Shown piece after piece: positions 16,296-29,425 of a stretch of DNA of 64,000 nucleotides (positions within the stretch are counted from its first letter, which is position 1; each line of letters starts with the position of its first letter). This DNA comes from Adineta vaga (taxonomy: Eukaryota; Animalia; Rotifera), in contig CP075492.1 of NCBI GenBank assembly GCA_021613535.1, positions 12,834,001-12,898,000 on the forward strand, written 5' to 3'. The translations under genes were made by a program, and so were the position numbers. The notes beneath the pieces were generated by a model. That model ran no database searches. It was given only the letters and a program-made list of their open reading frames with translations, and was not told the DNA's origin.

Positions 16296-19200
16296 TGATC
16301 GTAAAAAAAAGTTATTTACTCCAAATCTAAATTTTTACAAATGAAATGACATAAAAGAAGAAATGAGATGAAGGTGAAACATTTCAGTGGATTCATTAAT
16401 AATTCATCGATGTTATTATACGCAGAGAAAAAGAAAAAGAGAAAATATGTCATATATGTTCTGTCATTCATTAACCATTCAATTGTCAATGTCACACCTT
16501 CATTTCATCTTTTTCTTACTAAAAAAGTTTTATTCATTAATGCACTACAATTATTTCATGTGCCATTGGTCTAACATAACAACCAATCAGAATCATGAAG
16601 GAAAAAATGATATTTACCTTTGATTGTTTGAACATTTGCATTCACATTCTGGTTCTTTTGTGTTTTTTATTATTTAAATTTATCCGTTGTTTCTCAAAAT
16701 GATCAACAATTTGGCAAGAAGACGAGTTCTAAAATAAAATGTACTTCACTTGTGTAATTTTCGTATTTTTACCTTTTGTTCTATATTGTATGAATAGAAA
16801 AAAACCACTCTCTGTCTTCGGGTTTGTTTGATTGTGAAATATGACCAAGGGTCAATTGAGAATTATTTACGAAAATGCATGGTAAAATCATCATTGTGTA
16901 GACTATTGTTATCTTTATTTTGTTTGACACTTAATTCTTAGATATTTTTTGCACTGTAGTGTAAACGACATTGAAATTGTATTGATATTGTTATAGATGT
17001 TTGTTAGATTGTATTGTTTCAGTAGATATTTATGTAGATTTGATATGATTTAATTGTGAGTATGCTCACACAATTACAAAAGATATTGCACTTCTTGATA
17101 GAATCTAGAGAAGATTTGCATATTGTTGAAAACTCTCAAACAAGTAAGTTTGCATGTTATCATGGTTTTATTCTGACATCTTCATTTGAATTGCATAGCA
17201 ATAGTATGGACATATATTTTTGTTTTTTTTATTGAGATTAACATAAGCTATGAGTCGCAAAAAGATTTATTGAAAATGAATTTGATACTTCAGATTGAAT
17301 CTTATACAAAGCCTTTAGTTTATTCGATTATCAAATATTTACATTTAAATACTATATTTCAGTTTGATATTTCATTGATACAGTTATTATTATTGTTGAT
17401 CGTTTTATTTTCAATGATAACAAAGAATAAATCAAATCAATTTTGATAAGATATGTAAATTGATAATCTCAACATACTTATCTCATTTATCGAATAAATG
17501 TATTGCTGTAGAGTTTTATGAAAACCTTGAAAATACTTTAATATACTTGTTGTTTCTACGAAGTACTGAGATTTTGTTTTGAGGGTTGATTTGCATGTTT
17601 TTCTGCATTTTTATGACGTCATACCTTGTTGTGATTTTACGCTGTGAATAATATTCATACAACAGTCTGTACTATTAAATGATATGTCTGTCATGTTTTC
17701 CTGAGAGTTGTTCATTTATTTCTACTTCATTGTAAGTAAAAAGTAGTAAGGAAAATGTGCGAGTTTTGTAAAACAATTTGATTGGAATAGACTTTTTCTT
17801 TTACAAATTTAATCGTAAGTAAATCTTCGATACCTGATCTATATTTGCTTGAATATGATCGTCGATAAATTGTATTATAATTGATAGAAAAAAAAGAGAG
17901 AGGAAAGAAATCCAGTCACTTGTCTTTTGTGATTCTTGAGATATTTGCATTATATAACAACGAAGAAACGAACTATATTTCTCTTCATTGATATTTCGAA
18001 TGAAAATAGGTCAAAATCAACGTTAGTTTATTTCTTTTTTTTACGAGCAAATCGGACGTTACTTTTATAACATAGAACTTTACTCTACTAGTATTATTTT
18101 CTTTCCATGAAGATTAATTATCTCTTTCTGTAACACGTTCGGTCGTCATATCCATCTACAGAAATAGACAAGACTTTATCAGACTGTTAGAGATATAGAA
18201 CAGAATATCCATCATTGACAAGATTTATTTCTTTTTCGAAGTTCGAGAAGAAACAAATAGGAGTTTTTTTCCATTCAATGAACGTATTCTTTTGATCGAC
18301 ATATCGAATACTTTGTCATCACTTCGTTTTTTTTAATCGATTAAGTTAAATATTAATTTAACTTTTTATTTTCAGTTTCGATTATGTTTTAAATACATAT
18401 AATACATTTCATTTCAATATGTGCACAATTCGAAGCCATAGAAGTTTGCCCATCTATTTGTAATAGCAATCGTGACAATAATAACAACAACAACACGCGA
18501 ACCTTGAAAAACAATAACTTGTGGTAAAGTAGGCTTTTTATAAGGCGAATGATCGTTTGAAATATTGACTAAACGAACGAAAGAATTTATTTATCATAAA
18601 CAAGCATTGAAGCGTCTATGAATAACAGGTAAAAGAAAACCATATTAGACGTACAATTTTTTTCAAAAGAATTAAATCAACATATTAATAAATTGGTAAA
18701 TAAAAGAAAGAAACGGATTCATTCGAGTGATTTGATAGACTTTTTGTTTTAAAAGTAAATCGAATAGGAAGATTACATGTAGAAATGAACTGTGAGAATA
18801 ATTGATCTGTATTGAATCTATCGATAATGACATTGAAATTGACGAATCAATGTTAATCGTTAAAGAGTTTTAGTTCGCTATAGAAACTATTATAAACATG
18901 TTATACATATGCAGTTTTTTTCCTGCTCTGTTATTTGTAATTCTCGGACTATTATGTATACTTATTCATCGGTTCTTTCTCTCTCTTTCTCTCTCGTTAT
19001 AATGTATATAAAACGAATAGTTTGTCAATATCGATATATATATTCAACAGTATTTATGTTTACTAATGCTTGAGGCTTTTCTTGTCTGATTTACTTCTTT
19101 TCTTCAAACGTTCAAAAGATCTTTCAGTCTATTCTCTTGTCTTCAAATGATCAACGAAAAGTATAATGAAGTAATTCTATACAAAATATTTTTTGTTCGT

Positions 19201-20190
19201 TCTCTCGTATATAAATTCTTATAGAATAATTTCCAAAGAGAAAAAAAAAATGTTTGTCGATAAATTTACGTCAATGAGACATTTGACTTTTTTCTTTTAA
19301 TCTTACTAATATTGATAAGAACATATATATATATATATATACGTGTGTGTAGGTCGCAAAGCAGGTACGTATATATGGATTATCTTATTGTATTAATTTG
19401 ATAGGTTATTTATTTATTTGCTTTGTAACTATCTCAACACCCACATAGCACATGTCATTGAAAGCAGACAAACTTTTATATTTGCTCTTTACTTTTATTC
19501 GTATAAACACTTTTTTCCTCTCTCTTTGCTTTGCATTTTTTTCGGATGTTTTATCGATTTTTATAGTTTGATCGTTGATCATGATACTAGAAAAAAAAAT
19601 TGTAATGTAATAGAATGGCATACGACGTGATAGAGCAATTTGGTTGTTGTGTATGTCATAGAAGATGTGTTTATAATAAAGAATGGAACAAATCGAGTTG
19701 TTGACTTCTCTCCTCCGATGAATATATTATTTATGATGGGAAAATCGAAGTATTCTTAGTTTTTTCTTATTAAGATTGGCAAGAGAAGAGACGAAGAAAA
19801 AAAAGGTAGTGAAAAACATTTGAATTAAAATTAATAAAATAGAAGAAGGGAAAAGTTTGTCTCATTTAGTATTTACGTCAACTTTTTTGAAAAAAAACCA
19901 ATTGCATGTCAGCGAGAATATACATCACATTTTTTTGTTCTTTTTTTCATGTATGACTTCATTTTCTTTTTTCTCTCTTGCTCTCTTCTTTCACGTTGTC
20001 TAGTTATGTAGAAACAAAAAGTATTTATTAGTGGCTAAAGAGAAAGAAAAATGTTGAAAGAGAAAGAACAACACATTAAAGCCAAGAGAACGTTTACTTT
20101 GTACATTAGAATATTTTCATATGAAAGTTTTAAATCAGAGGAAAAAGTACTTGACTAATTACAAGTGTCTTTGTACTTTATTTTTTTCAG

Positions 20191-23100
20191 ATGTTTTCTT
20201 CAACAACACAAGAAACCTTAATTGATGACGATGGTCCACCGTTAAATACAACGCTTTTGCGTTCTATATCAGTATTAAATCCAGTTGATTTTCATAGTTT
20301 TATTGAAAAACAATATGGAGCTTGTTGGGGTACATTTAAATTTGAAGATTCATTAAGTGATTATTCAAATGACGTAAGTACTCATATGATATTTCATGAA
20401 AAACGAAAAGAACCTTCGTTTTTCGTTCGTCTTTATGTCAATTGATTATTCACCAATATGTTTAATTTATATTCTAGACTCGCCCATTTCTTTATGTCGA
20501 TGACAATATCGATTTACATGTTTTACGTAAATTTATGATAAACGAATGGGAGTTACAATCAGCAAATATTGTCATTCCTGTACTAAGTGGTGTAACGAAT
20601 AATAAACAATTTAAAAATCCAAAAATGACTGAAACTTTAAGAAATGGAATTAAAAATGTATTTTGAAAGAAATGAAAATGAATTCATAATTCATACATGA
20701 TTTTATTTCATAGGCAGCAAATGCATCTGAAGTATGGTTTCTAACTAATGGTATCGATGCTGGTGTTCCACAATTGATTGGAACAGCTTTTCGAGAAGAA
20801 ATTGTATGAAATAAAGAGAGAGAGAGAGAGAAACAAAAATCAGTGCTTTGTTTTATTGATTCTTTTTCTGTTCAATTTAGGCATTGAGACGAGCAGATGA
20901 TGCTTGGGCTATTCAGATGGGTCGTGCACCAAAGAAACGTAAAACACTTGTTCTAATTGGTATAGTTTGTGATGATGAAATCAAAGATTCTATTGATTTA
21001 AAACCATCGAATGATAAACCAAGGATGGTGAGAAAAATTCATAATTCATAATACTTATGTTTTGTTTTTGTTTTCACTAGGAAATTAAAGTTCCATCACG
21101 TAAACGTGATCAACTTTCTTTAAACAGTGATCATACACATTTTATTATTATACGTGAACATCCAATTGGTCTAAGTTCAAATACAAACAATGGACGTAAA
21201 TCTATCGTAGCTGAGAGTGGAGAAAAACAATTGGAAAAATTAACTGATTCAGCTGAAAGTGCAACTAATAAATTTCGTGATCGATTTGAAGATTTTTTAC
21301 ATCAAGAAAACTTACAACAACCAAATAGTGATTCACAAACTATAGGTAACAGCAGAGCTCTGAAAATCTTATTATACTCACAGAATATACTGTCGAAAGA
21401 GTTCGACTCACTTAGATATTAGTTATTCTTGTTTTTATGATATTTCTGATTCATAGTTCTTTTCAACTATAACCTTACAGTAATCTTCTTTCGATATTTT
21501 GTATATCCAAAAAGAATAACAATGAAATGAGCCAATACATGACATAGAAAAAAGTGTACACGTACTTTCTATGATCAGATCTTTTTTTAACAAATTTCAT
21601 AATCTTCGTAAAACGTACTTAATCAGACGAGTAATCAAATGTATTGTATACTTAATAACCTAGTTAAAAACGAAGGTCAACATGTCTACAGTCATTTTCT
21701 AACTAAAAGTTTATACTCTATAGTTTTTCATTCATTTCTATTGCAAATAATTTAATTCAATGAAAGAATGCAACATAATCGATGACTTTAGAAATTTCTG
21801 ATATGCACGTCATTTATTCTCATTTTCTTTGTTTATTGTTATCTAAAGATAGAAAATGATTAATGAGACATATTTATTCAATCTTAGATTTTCTTTCGAC
21901 AACTCCATTATTAACTCGAAAAAGTAATCCATGGAGTGAAGATGGTTTTCCGATGGTATGCACATTAGTCCGTGGTACACCGGGAACTATCGAATTATTA
22001 TATCAAAAAATTCAACAAGAAGTTCCTTGTGTAGTTCTCAAAGGAACTGGATCTGCTGCTGATATAATTGCATTTGCATATGAAGAAATCAGTGCAAAGT
22101 AATGTTTGATAAAACGAACTACTATTTGATCTTTTATTGTATTGTTGTTTTTTGTTTTTCATTTAGAAATGATAAAGAATATGAAGATAGTTATTTAAAA
22201 GTTGAATTATCTCGACGTTTACTTGATGAATATCCAGCATTGAAAGATAATAATGTTAAACGAAATGAAATTCGTGATCATATTATATCAATTGTGAAAA
22301 AAGCAGATCAAGGCAAACGAAAATTTTTAACATTCGTCGATGTGAATAGTACTACAGCATCATTAAATGATTTTCATAAATTTATTCTTTCCGCTTTATT
22401 ACAATGTATGTTATTGAAAAAATGAAAATGAAAAATTAATATTTTCTTTGTTTTAGCACAAAAAACGGCTACAGGAAATAAAGTCAATGTTCAATTGAAA
22501 CGAAATCTTCTATTAACATTAGATTGGAATTTACCAGATTTAGCTCTGTCAGAAATCTTTCAACGTGATGATGATATGAAACATTCAATACAAACAGATC
22601 TTTTTGATAAAGCTGTTCTAGGAAAAAAACTTGAACCTTTCGTTGATTTATTTCTCGATCGAGAATTTGCTTTACATCGATATTTAAAATCAGATAAATT
22701 AGTTAGTTTATTTAATCAAGCAAAAGATCGAGAATTTTTAACAACAACATCACTTGAAGGCATTCTTGGTTTAACTGGAGTAATGATCTAAGAATTGTTT
22801 TTGTCAAAAAAAAAACTCGAAAGATTTCATTTTTTTTTCTTGATTATTTTCTAGGATGAAGATGAAATGCCGAAAGATTTTGTTGAACAAGGCCTCAATC
22901 ATATTGTGAAACGTTTAACAGGAATTAGTCATTTTTTTAGTAAACATGAAATGGATTGTAATGCAATGGGTATTTACTTCGGTGATAAAACTGATAAAGG
23001 TGTTCAACGACAACGAATACGTGCAGAGAAAAAAGTCTGATCTGAATTTCTTTGTTTTTTTTCGAAGGATATTTGACAACAGAAAATATTTGCCTATTTA

Positions 23101-26100
23101 GGCTCTTCGACATTTGATTATCTATGCAGTTCTAATGAATCGTCATCAATTAGCGAAAATTCTTTGGAAACGTTCTTCAGAACCAATTCCATTAGCATTA
23201 ATTTGTTGTATGATGTTCAAAAAATTAGCACCTTATTGCCATGAATCTTATCAAAGATTATTAATTGAAAAACAAGCAAAGTAATATTCGAAACTTGTTT
23301 CTTTATTGAGAAAGTGTGTTCTGTTCGATGAGAGAAAGAAATTATGGTTTCTCACAAATGATAGACACTAACTATGTATATTTTAGGGAATTTTCTGATT
23401 GTGCTGTTGGTGTACTTGATAAAGCATTCAATGAAGATAATATGAGAACATTTGAAATGCTTGATGAAAAGCATCCAGTAAGATAGGATTTTTATATGAA
23501 GGAAACAGGTTGTGTTTAAAACAGATTTGTATTTAGGATTGGAATCATATGGCAACTGTTGAATTAGCTTATAATGCAGAAAATAAAGAATTTATGGCAC
23601 ATGCTGCTTGTCAAAAATGGGTTACTAGGCAATTTTATGGAGAAATTACACCTCGAGAATTATCATGGGGTTTATTTAAATGTCCCGATTATCTTAAAGT
23701 CAGTTGTTGCTGACATCTGATTTTGTACAATTTAATAATGAATGTTCTTTGAATAGATCATTTTCAGTGCTTTTCTAATATTTCCAATGTGGTTTTGGAT
23801 TAATTTCTCTCCAATTGGTCAAGCACCACCAGCACCAAAAAAAGCGAGTGATCTACAAGACACTAAAGGTGCAACCACAGAACCCGAACAAAAACTTGAA
23901 GGTTAATTAAAATTCGATATTCTTCGTATAACTCATTCATGTTCTATATAGAAGGAAAAAAATTAAGTGAATACGTTGGAGAAGTGAACGTTCGTGAAGG
24001 AGTAAGTTGCGTATGTTCTTTTTCAATTTCTTTGAATTTTTTTTGTTTAGAATAGCATATTTCGACGAATTAGAAATCGTTTCCATAATGGTTTATTTAA
24101 AAATAAATCGAAAACATCTGCTGCTAATTCAAATTCAGATGAAGAACCAATGAGTCATTGGGAAGAAATTGGCGTACTTTGGACAGCACCAATCACAAAA
24201 TTTTATACAAATTTTGTTGCTTACATCGTATTTTTAGCATTCTTCACCTTAGCTGTTATGTGGCCATCATGTGGAAATCTCTTATTAGATTGTTTTGTTT
24301 GGTTTTGGACGGCATCGATTGCATTTGAAAATACACGTGTTGCCTATGAAAAATATTGTGTAAGACTTGAAATCTATGCATAGACAAACTAGTATCTAAT
24401 TGATTATTTAGTCTCAAAGTAGTTTACCATTACAACGTGCTGTATTAGAAGTTATTGTTCAAACGATATTTCTAGCATTGTATTTAATTGTAAGAATTAT
24501 TGGTTTATGGAATTTTGGAAGTATGTGAAAAGAAAAACATGAAAAAAATCGATAGATTGAATTTCTTTTTCTTCTAGCATGTCAAATATTGACTGCAAAG
24601 GCAATCTTAGGTATTGGTTTGATTTATTATTATTATCGAATATTATTCATCTTCTTACCAATCAGTCCTAAACTCGGTCCAATGATGATTCGTCTTCGTT
24701 GTATGGTAAATTTTATTTGATCTTCTTGCATGTATTAACAATGCGAAGATTATCTTCCTTTTTTTCTAGATTATGGATGATTTCTTTACATTTCTACAAT
24801 TGTTTGTCATCTTTATGATATCATCGGGTGTAGCAATAACAGCTGTACTTTATCCACATTATCCATTGGGATTAGAATTATTTACAAAAGCTTTTGTATT
24901 CCGTGGTTTAATGGCATTATTTAGTAGTGAAATGTCTGATTTGAAAAATCAACATCAATCCTGTTCAATTAATGCAACAAGTTCGGCAGACACGGAATAT
25001 GCTTGTCTACGATTATCACATGGTTTATCATTTAAATGTAAGAAATCAATTTCGAAAAACTTCGAATGTAAAATAATGAAATTTTAGATGATAATCTTTA
25101 TGCTTATAATCGATATGGTATAACTTCGCCTAAATGTAATCAAACATCATGGATAGCCTGGTTTTTACTAATTCAATATTTCTTTTTGGCAAAACGTTTT
25201 CTCACGTCACTTTTAACTGCAATGTTCGGGTATGTAGAAGAGATAGATGAATGAAGTATTAAAAGATGAAATTTTTCTTCCATTGCATTTTAGTTTAACT
25301 GGAGCGAGAGTACAAAGTCAATCGGAACAAATTTGGATGTATAATCGATATGAAATTGTTATGGAATATGCAAAACGACCTCGATTACCACCGCCCTTTG
25401 TTGTCATTTCATATATTGGTTAGTTTGTTGTTGGATAAAAGCATCTGATTTGTTTCTCAAGAGGAGAATTCGTGCTAATCATTAAGTTTTTATGAACATA
25501 TTTTTAGGAATGTTAATATCAAATGGCAGTCGTCAATGTGTTTTAAAATTGAAAGAATACTCAGATAAAAAGACTAACTTATTACATCAATCTCAGCGAC
25601 GTTCAACTGGAACGAACGCTCTTCTTTCTGAGAACGATCCAAATCCTACATCATTTAATTTAAATATTGATGCGAGTACAAGTCAACTCACTGATACAAA
25701 TGAAGATCATTCTTTACTTGGACGATTACTTAATTGTAAACCATGTCGTCAAGTGACGGAAACTCATAAGAAAAAATTAGTATGTTATTGTAATGTTCTT
25801 ATGAAATGGAAGAAAACTTTATTCTGCTTTTTAGGAAGATGCAAAACGAAATTGGGAAGATAGTGAAGCAAATCTCTATTGGAAATATAAAGCAGTAGAA
25901 TTCTATGCTAAAACTCAAGAAGCAGATAAAGTCCAAGAAAAATTGGACAATCTATCGAATAGGTACTATGATCAATGATAGATTTTGTTTTCTTTCGATT
26001 CAATTTCTTTAATAAAACTAATTCTAGTGTAACAAATGTACAAAAAGATATGGATGTTCAGCGAAAATCATTACGACAAATCAATGATCGTGTTGTTACA

Positions 26101-27700
26101 TTAGAAAAATTAATGATTGATTCTCATATACTATTGGAAAAGATTCGAGCAACTATTCAACAGGAAGATAAATCCTTACCTGAAACACAAAAATTTATTC
26201 ATATTTTATCTCGTGAATCTCCATATATTTATACAAATGAAGCAAGATTTCCTGTTACGGAAAGATATATTCCATGGAAGGTAAAAATGACAATGACTTT
26301 TTTTTTTCAAAATTGAAAATGGAATTTAGGTACCATTTGATTTGTATGATCCAACTATTATAACTTTGCCGAAAGAACATAATTGTTTTCGAGATGACGA
26401 ACGACCATTTGTCGAACCAAATCTGTACGTTTTTATGCTTTAAAAAGGATTTCAATAGATTGATGAAATATTATTTATAGATTAAAAGTAAATTCAACCG
26501 ATGATCAATTTCAATCTGAAGTAGATACATATGTGACACCAGTGACTCCAATATGTCAACCAGGAACATTTGGAGCTATTGAACCAGCAATGGCACATGT
26601 TAATAGCGATTTTACTATGCCATCATCAGAATATAAATGGAATCAAATTATTGAATTACAATTACTCGATGGCAAAAAGGTTTGTTGAAAAGTTATTGAT
26701 AAACTAAGAAGAATCTTCTTTTTCAGATGATCGTTGATCGAACAACTTGGGTAACAAATCCAGTAGATAAATCACCAGTGATCTATCGATTAGATACTCA
26801 ATTACTGATACCATTGTATGTTATTTTTGAAAATAATTCTTCTAAATAATAATTGATTTTGTCCGTAATTCAAGGAGTCCAATGGGACGTACAGGTGTTC
26901 GTGGACGTGGTGCATTGATTCGTTGGGGTCCAAATAAATCTATAATGGCAATTATTACTCGATGGAAAAAACATCGAGGACAATTTGCAATTGTTGATGG
27001 ACAAAGAATATTAGAAGCTATGGTTTTTAAAGATAAATTTACCAATGATTGGAAATTACCAGGAGTAAAATTAGATTTGAAGAATAATTTCGTTTGCAAT
27101 CAAATTGATTTTGTTTTAGGGAAAAATTTTAGGAGTTGAATCACCATATGGAGCTGTTTGTCGTAGTTTTAATAAACTTGCTTTTCAAGATGATGATTCC
27201 GAACATAGTTTATCACTTCAAGAAAGAGATATGATTGAAGTAATTACGAAGAATCAAGTTCATTCAATTTGAATAATCTAAAAATCTATACTTTTTTCCT
27301 TGTAGCATTTTGAATCATTTGCTCGTTCATCCGAAGGTACTGATAGACCAAATAGTTTTGAATCTCATATGGTTTATCGAGGTAAATTTTATTTGATTTA
27401 TTGACTATTCTTCAATGAAATATTTAGGTTATATTGATGATGTAAGAAATACTGATAATGCTTGGGTTGAAGCTGAAATATGGAATTTTCATTACGGCCA
27501 AACAATGTCATTTCCAAGTTTACGTACAGATGTAGATAAATCGATTGATTACTTATTTTCAGAAGTTTATTAAATTACTTTTTCTTTGTTTATAGGGTAT
27601 GGCATTTTGGAAAGATGTAACTTATAATTCTCGAGGATTTCTTATGCAAACGTCGATATTACGAGAAATAGCTCGAATTCATGATGCTTATTTTGAGTGA
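20191..27700 (+). CDS. TRPM-superfamily cation channel with N-terminal SLOG/MHR region and C-terminal NUDT9-like Nudix domain (TRPM2-like or TRPS/ced-11-like), >25 exons
   Basis: LNSDHTHFII, VPCVVLKGTGSAADIIA, LDWNLPDLA, AVLMNRHQLAKILW, WTAPITKF, LGPMMI, LLTAMF, IWMYNRY...RPRLPPPF, coiled coil, then PMGRTGVRGRGALIRWGPN...WKLPGG...YRGYIDDVRNTDNAWVE; stop TGA at 27698-27700. Confidence 0.92.
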
Positions 27701-28268
27701 ATTCTAATAAATTACTATGTGATAATTCAAATGTTATTCAAATATATCTTATTCCATCATTCATTCTTTTTTTTATTCAGTTTTTTTTTCATTTATGTTT
27801 GTATATATATATATATCTTTGTGTTTTTATTTGCTTTCTTACTGAAATGATATTTTCATGCTCATTTATTTAGAGCTTAAGTAAAACCAATATCAATATG
27901 TTCTTGTCTTTCGTTCGTAGGAAACACTTGTTTCTATGAATAATTCTCTCAAGAAAATCAGAATCAGTATAACAATCTTCTTCTCGATATAATTCAATCA
28001 GTCGAACATGAACTATTACGATGATTACATCATCGTTTCATTGATTATAGCACAAATTTTAAGATTATTAGATTTCGAAGCGAATAGCGATTGCTCTATG
28101 TATATCTCGCATATTATCCTGAGTTCTTTTACTTTCCTTCTCAAAAACTTTCATCAATCAGCGACTCTCTCGTCGGTCTTCGTTGATTGGTTGATACTTA
28201 ACCACAAAATAGTTTTGTAAGATCCATGTTGTTGTTTTTCTGCTAATGATGTCATTTGATAACAACAG

Positions 28269-28919
28269 TCATCGTTTGATTATTATTATTGAATGTAGAT
28301 TAACTGCTTTTTCGTATAGATCAGCGACTAAATTTGGATAGGTTTGTCGAAATGTAGTCCAATCTGCAGTTCCTGTTGTTTCTGCGAAGATTTGCGCTAG
28401 ATTATGATTGATAAATTTTAATGCTAGATCTTTCAAGCGTGTCGCTGTATGTCGATCGGCAAGTATTAATAATCGAAGACAATTCTCTTTTGTTAGAATA
28501 AAATAATCTTCTGCTAAGATTTTCAAACTTTCAACATGATATTTATCAGCTAATTCAAGTATTTCTTCCGCTTTCTTTTCATCATTAAAAACGCATACGT
28601 CTGAATAGAGATATTGAAGAAATAAATCAATTGATGATGAATTATAATCATTTAGAATTAGACATGAATTTGTCATTTCAATTGTATCATGTTGTTGAAA
28701 CATAGTTAGAAAAACATTCGATCGAGCAGCAAGAATAGATCGATGAACAGGATAAATACATTCTCCAACTTGAATGATAAAATCAGAAAAATAATTTTGA
28801 GATTTTAAAGCAAGTAGATCACGATTAAGTGAACGAGTAAATATTGTTTGATTACAAGAACATTCTGTTTGACGACAATTTGAACGACGACATGATTTCG
28901 ATGACATCGATAATGACAT
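28269..28919 (-). CDS. Intronless BTB/POZ domain protein (SPOP-like BTB + BACK-like, no MATH domain)
   Basis: SDFIIQVG...YPVHRSILAARSNVFLTMF...FLQYLYSD...LELADKYHVESLK...LADRHTATRLK. Confidence 0.88.
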   Translation of the reverse strand: MSLSMSSKSCRRSNCRQTECSCNQTIFTRSLNRDLLALKSQNYFSDFIIQVGECIYPVHRSILAARSNVFLTMFQQHDTIEMTNSCLILNDYNSSSIDLFLQYLYSDVCVFNDEKKAEEILELADKYHVESLKILAEDYFILTKENCLRLLILADRHTATRLKDLALKFINHNLAQIFAETTGTADWTTFRQTYPNLVADLYEKAVNLHSIIIIKR

Positions 28920-28961
28920 GATGAGAAATGAAAAATCAAACTGAAATATTTGATTATATAA

Positions 28962-28975
28962 ATCTCCATGGCAGC
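28962..28975. promoter_or_regulatory. X-box-like (RFX) motif upstream of the BTB gene
   Basis: ATCTCCATGGCAGC, one mismatch from RTHNYY-AT-RRNRAC, about 45 bp before the ATG. Confidence 0.3.
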
Positions 28976-29425
28976 AAAATAGTTTCTTAGTTATTGTTTT
29001 TTTTATTAATATTTGCTTTTGTTATTACGTATTTTCTAAGAGGGAGGATAAACTATAGATACTTAACTGATAAGTTACTTATTCATCGATAGTTTTATTC
29101 TTATAGCACATTCAACAGCTCGTATGTCAGAAGCAACAAGTAGGAGAAGAAAAAAAACTATCGTCAGGAAAAATTCTTCTTTTCTCTCATCGTTGACGTC
29201 GATAATTGCGTAGGCCGGTCACAGGACGGCATCAAGTGAAAATTACATACTAACATGAACAAATAACAGACGATAGTTCCCGAAGAAAAGAAAAAGAAGA
29301 ATATTCTTTCTTTTTTTTCTTTGCTTGTTTGAAAGCGTTCTTTCGCGAGTCTTTTTCCGTCGGTCGTTGTTGTTATTTTTCATGATACAACTATTTTTAT
29401 TTCTTTTTTTCGCTCGTAGATAACA

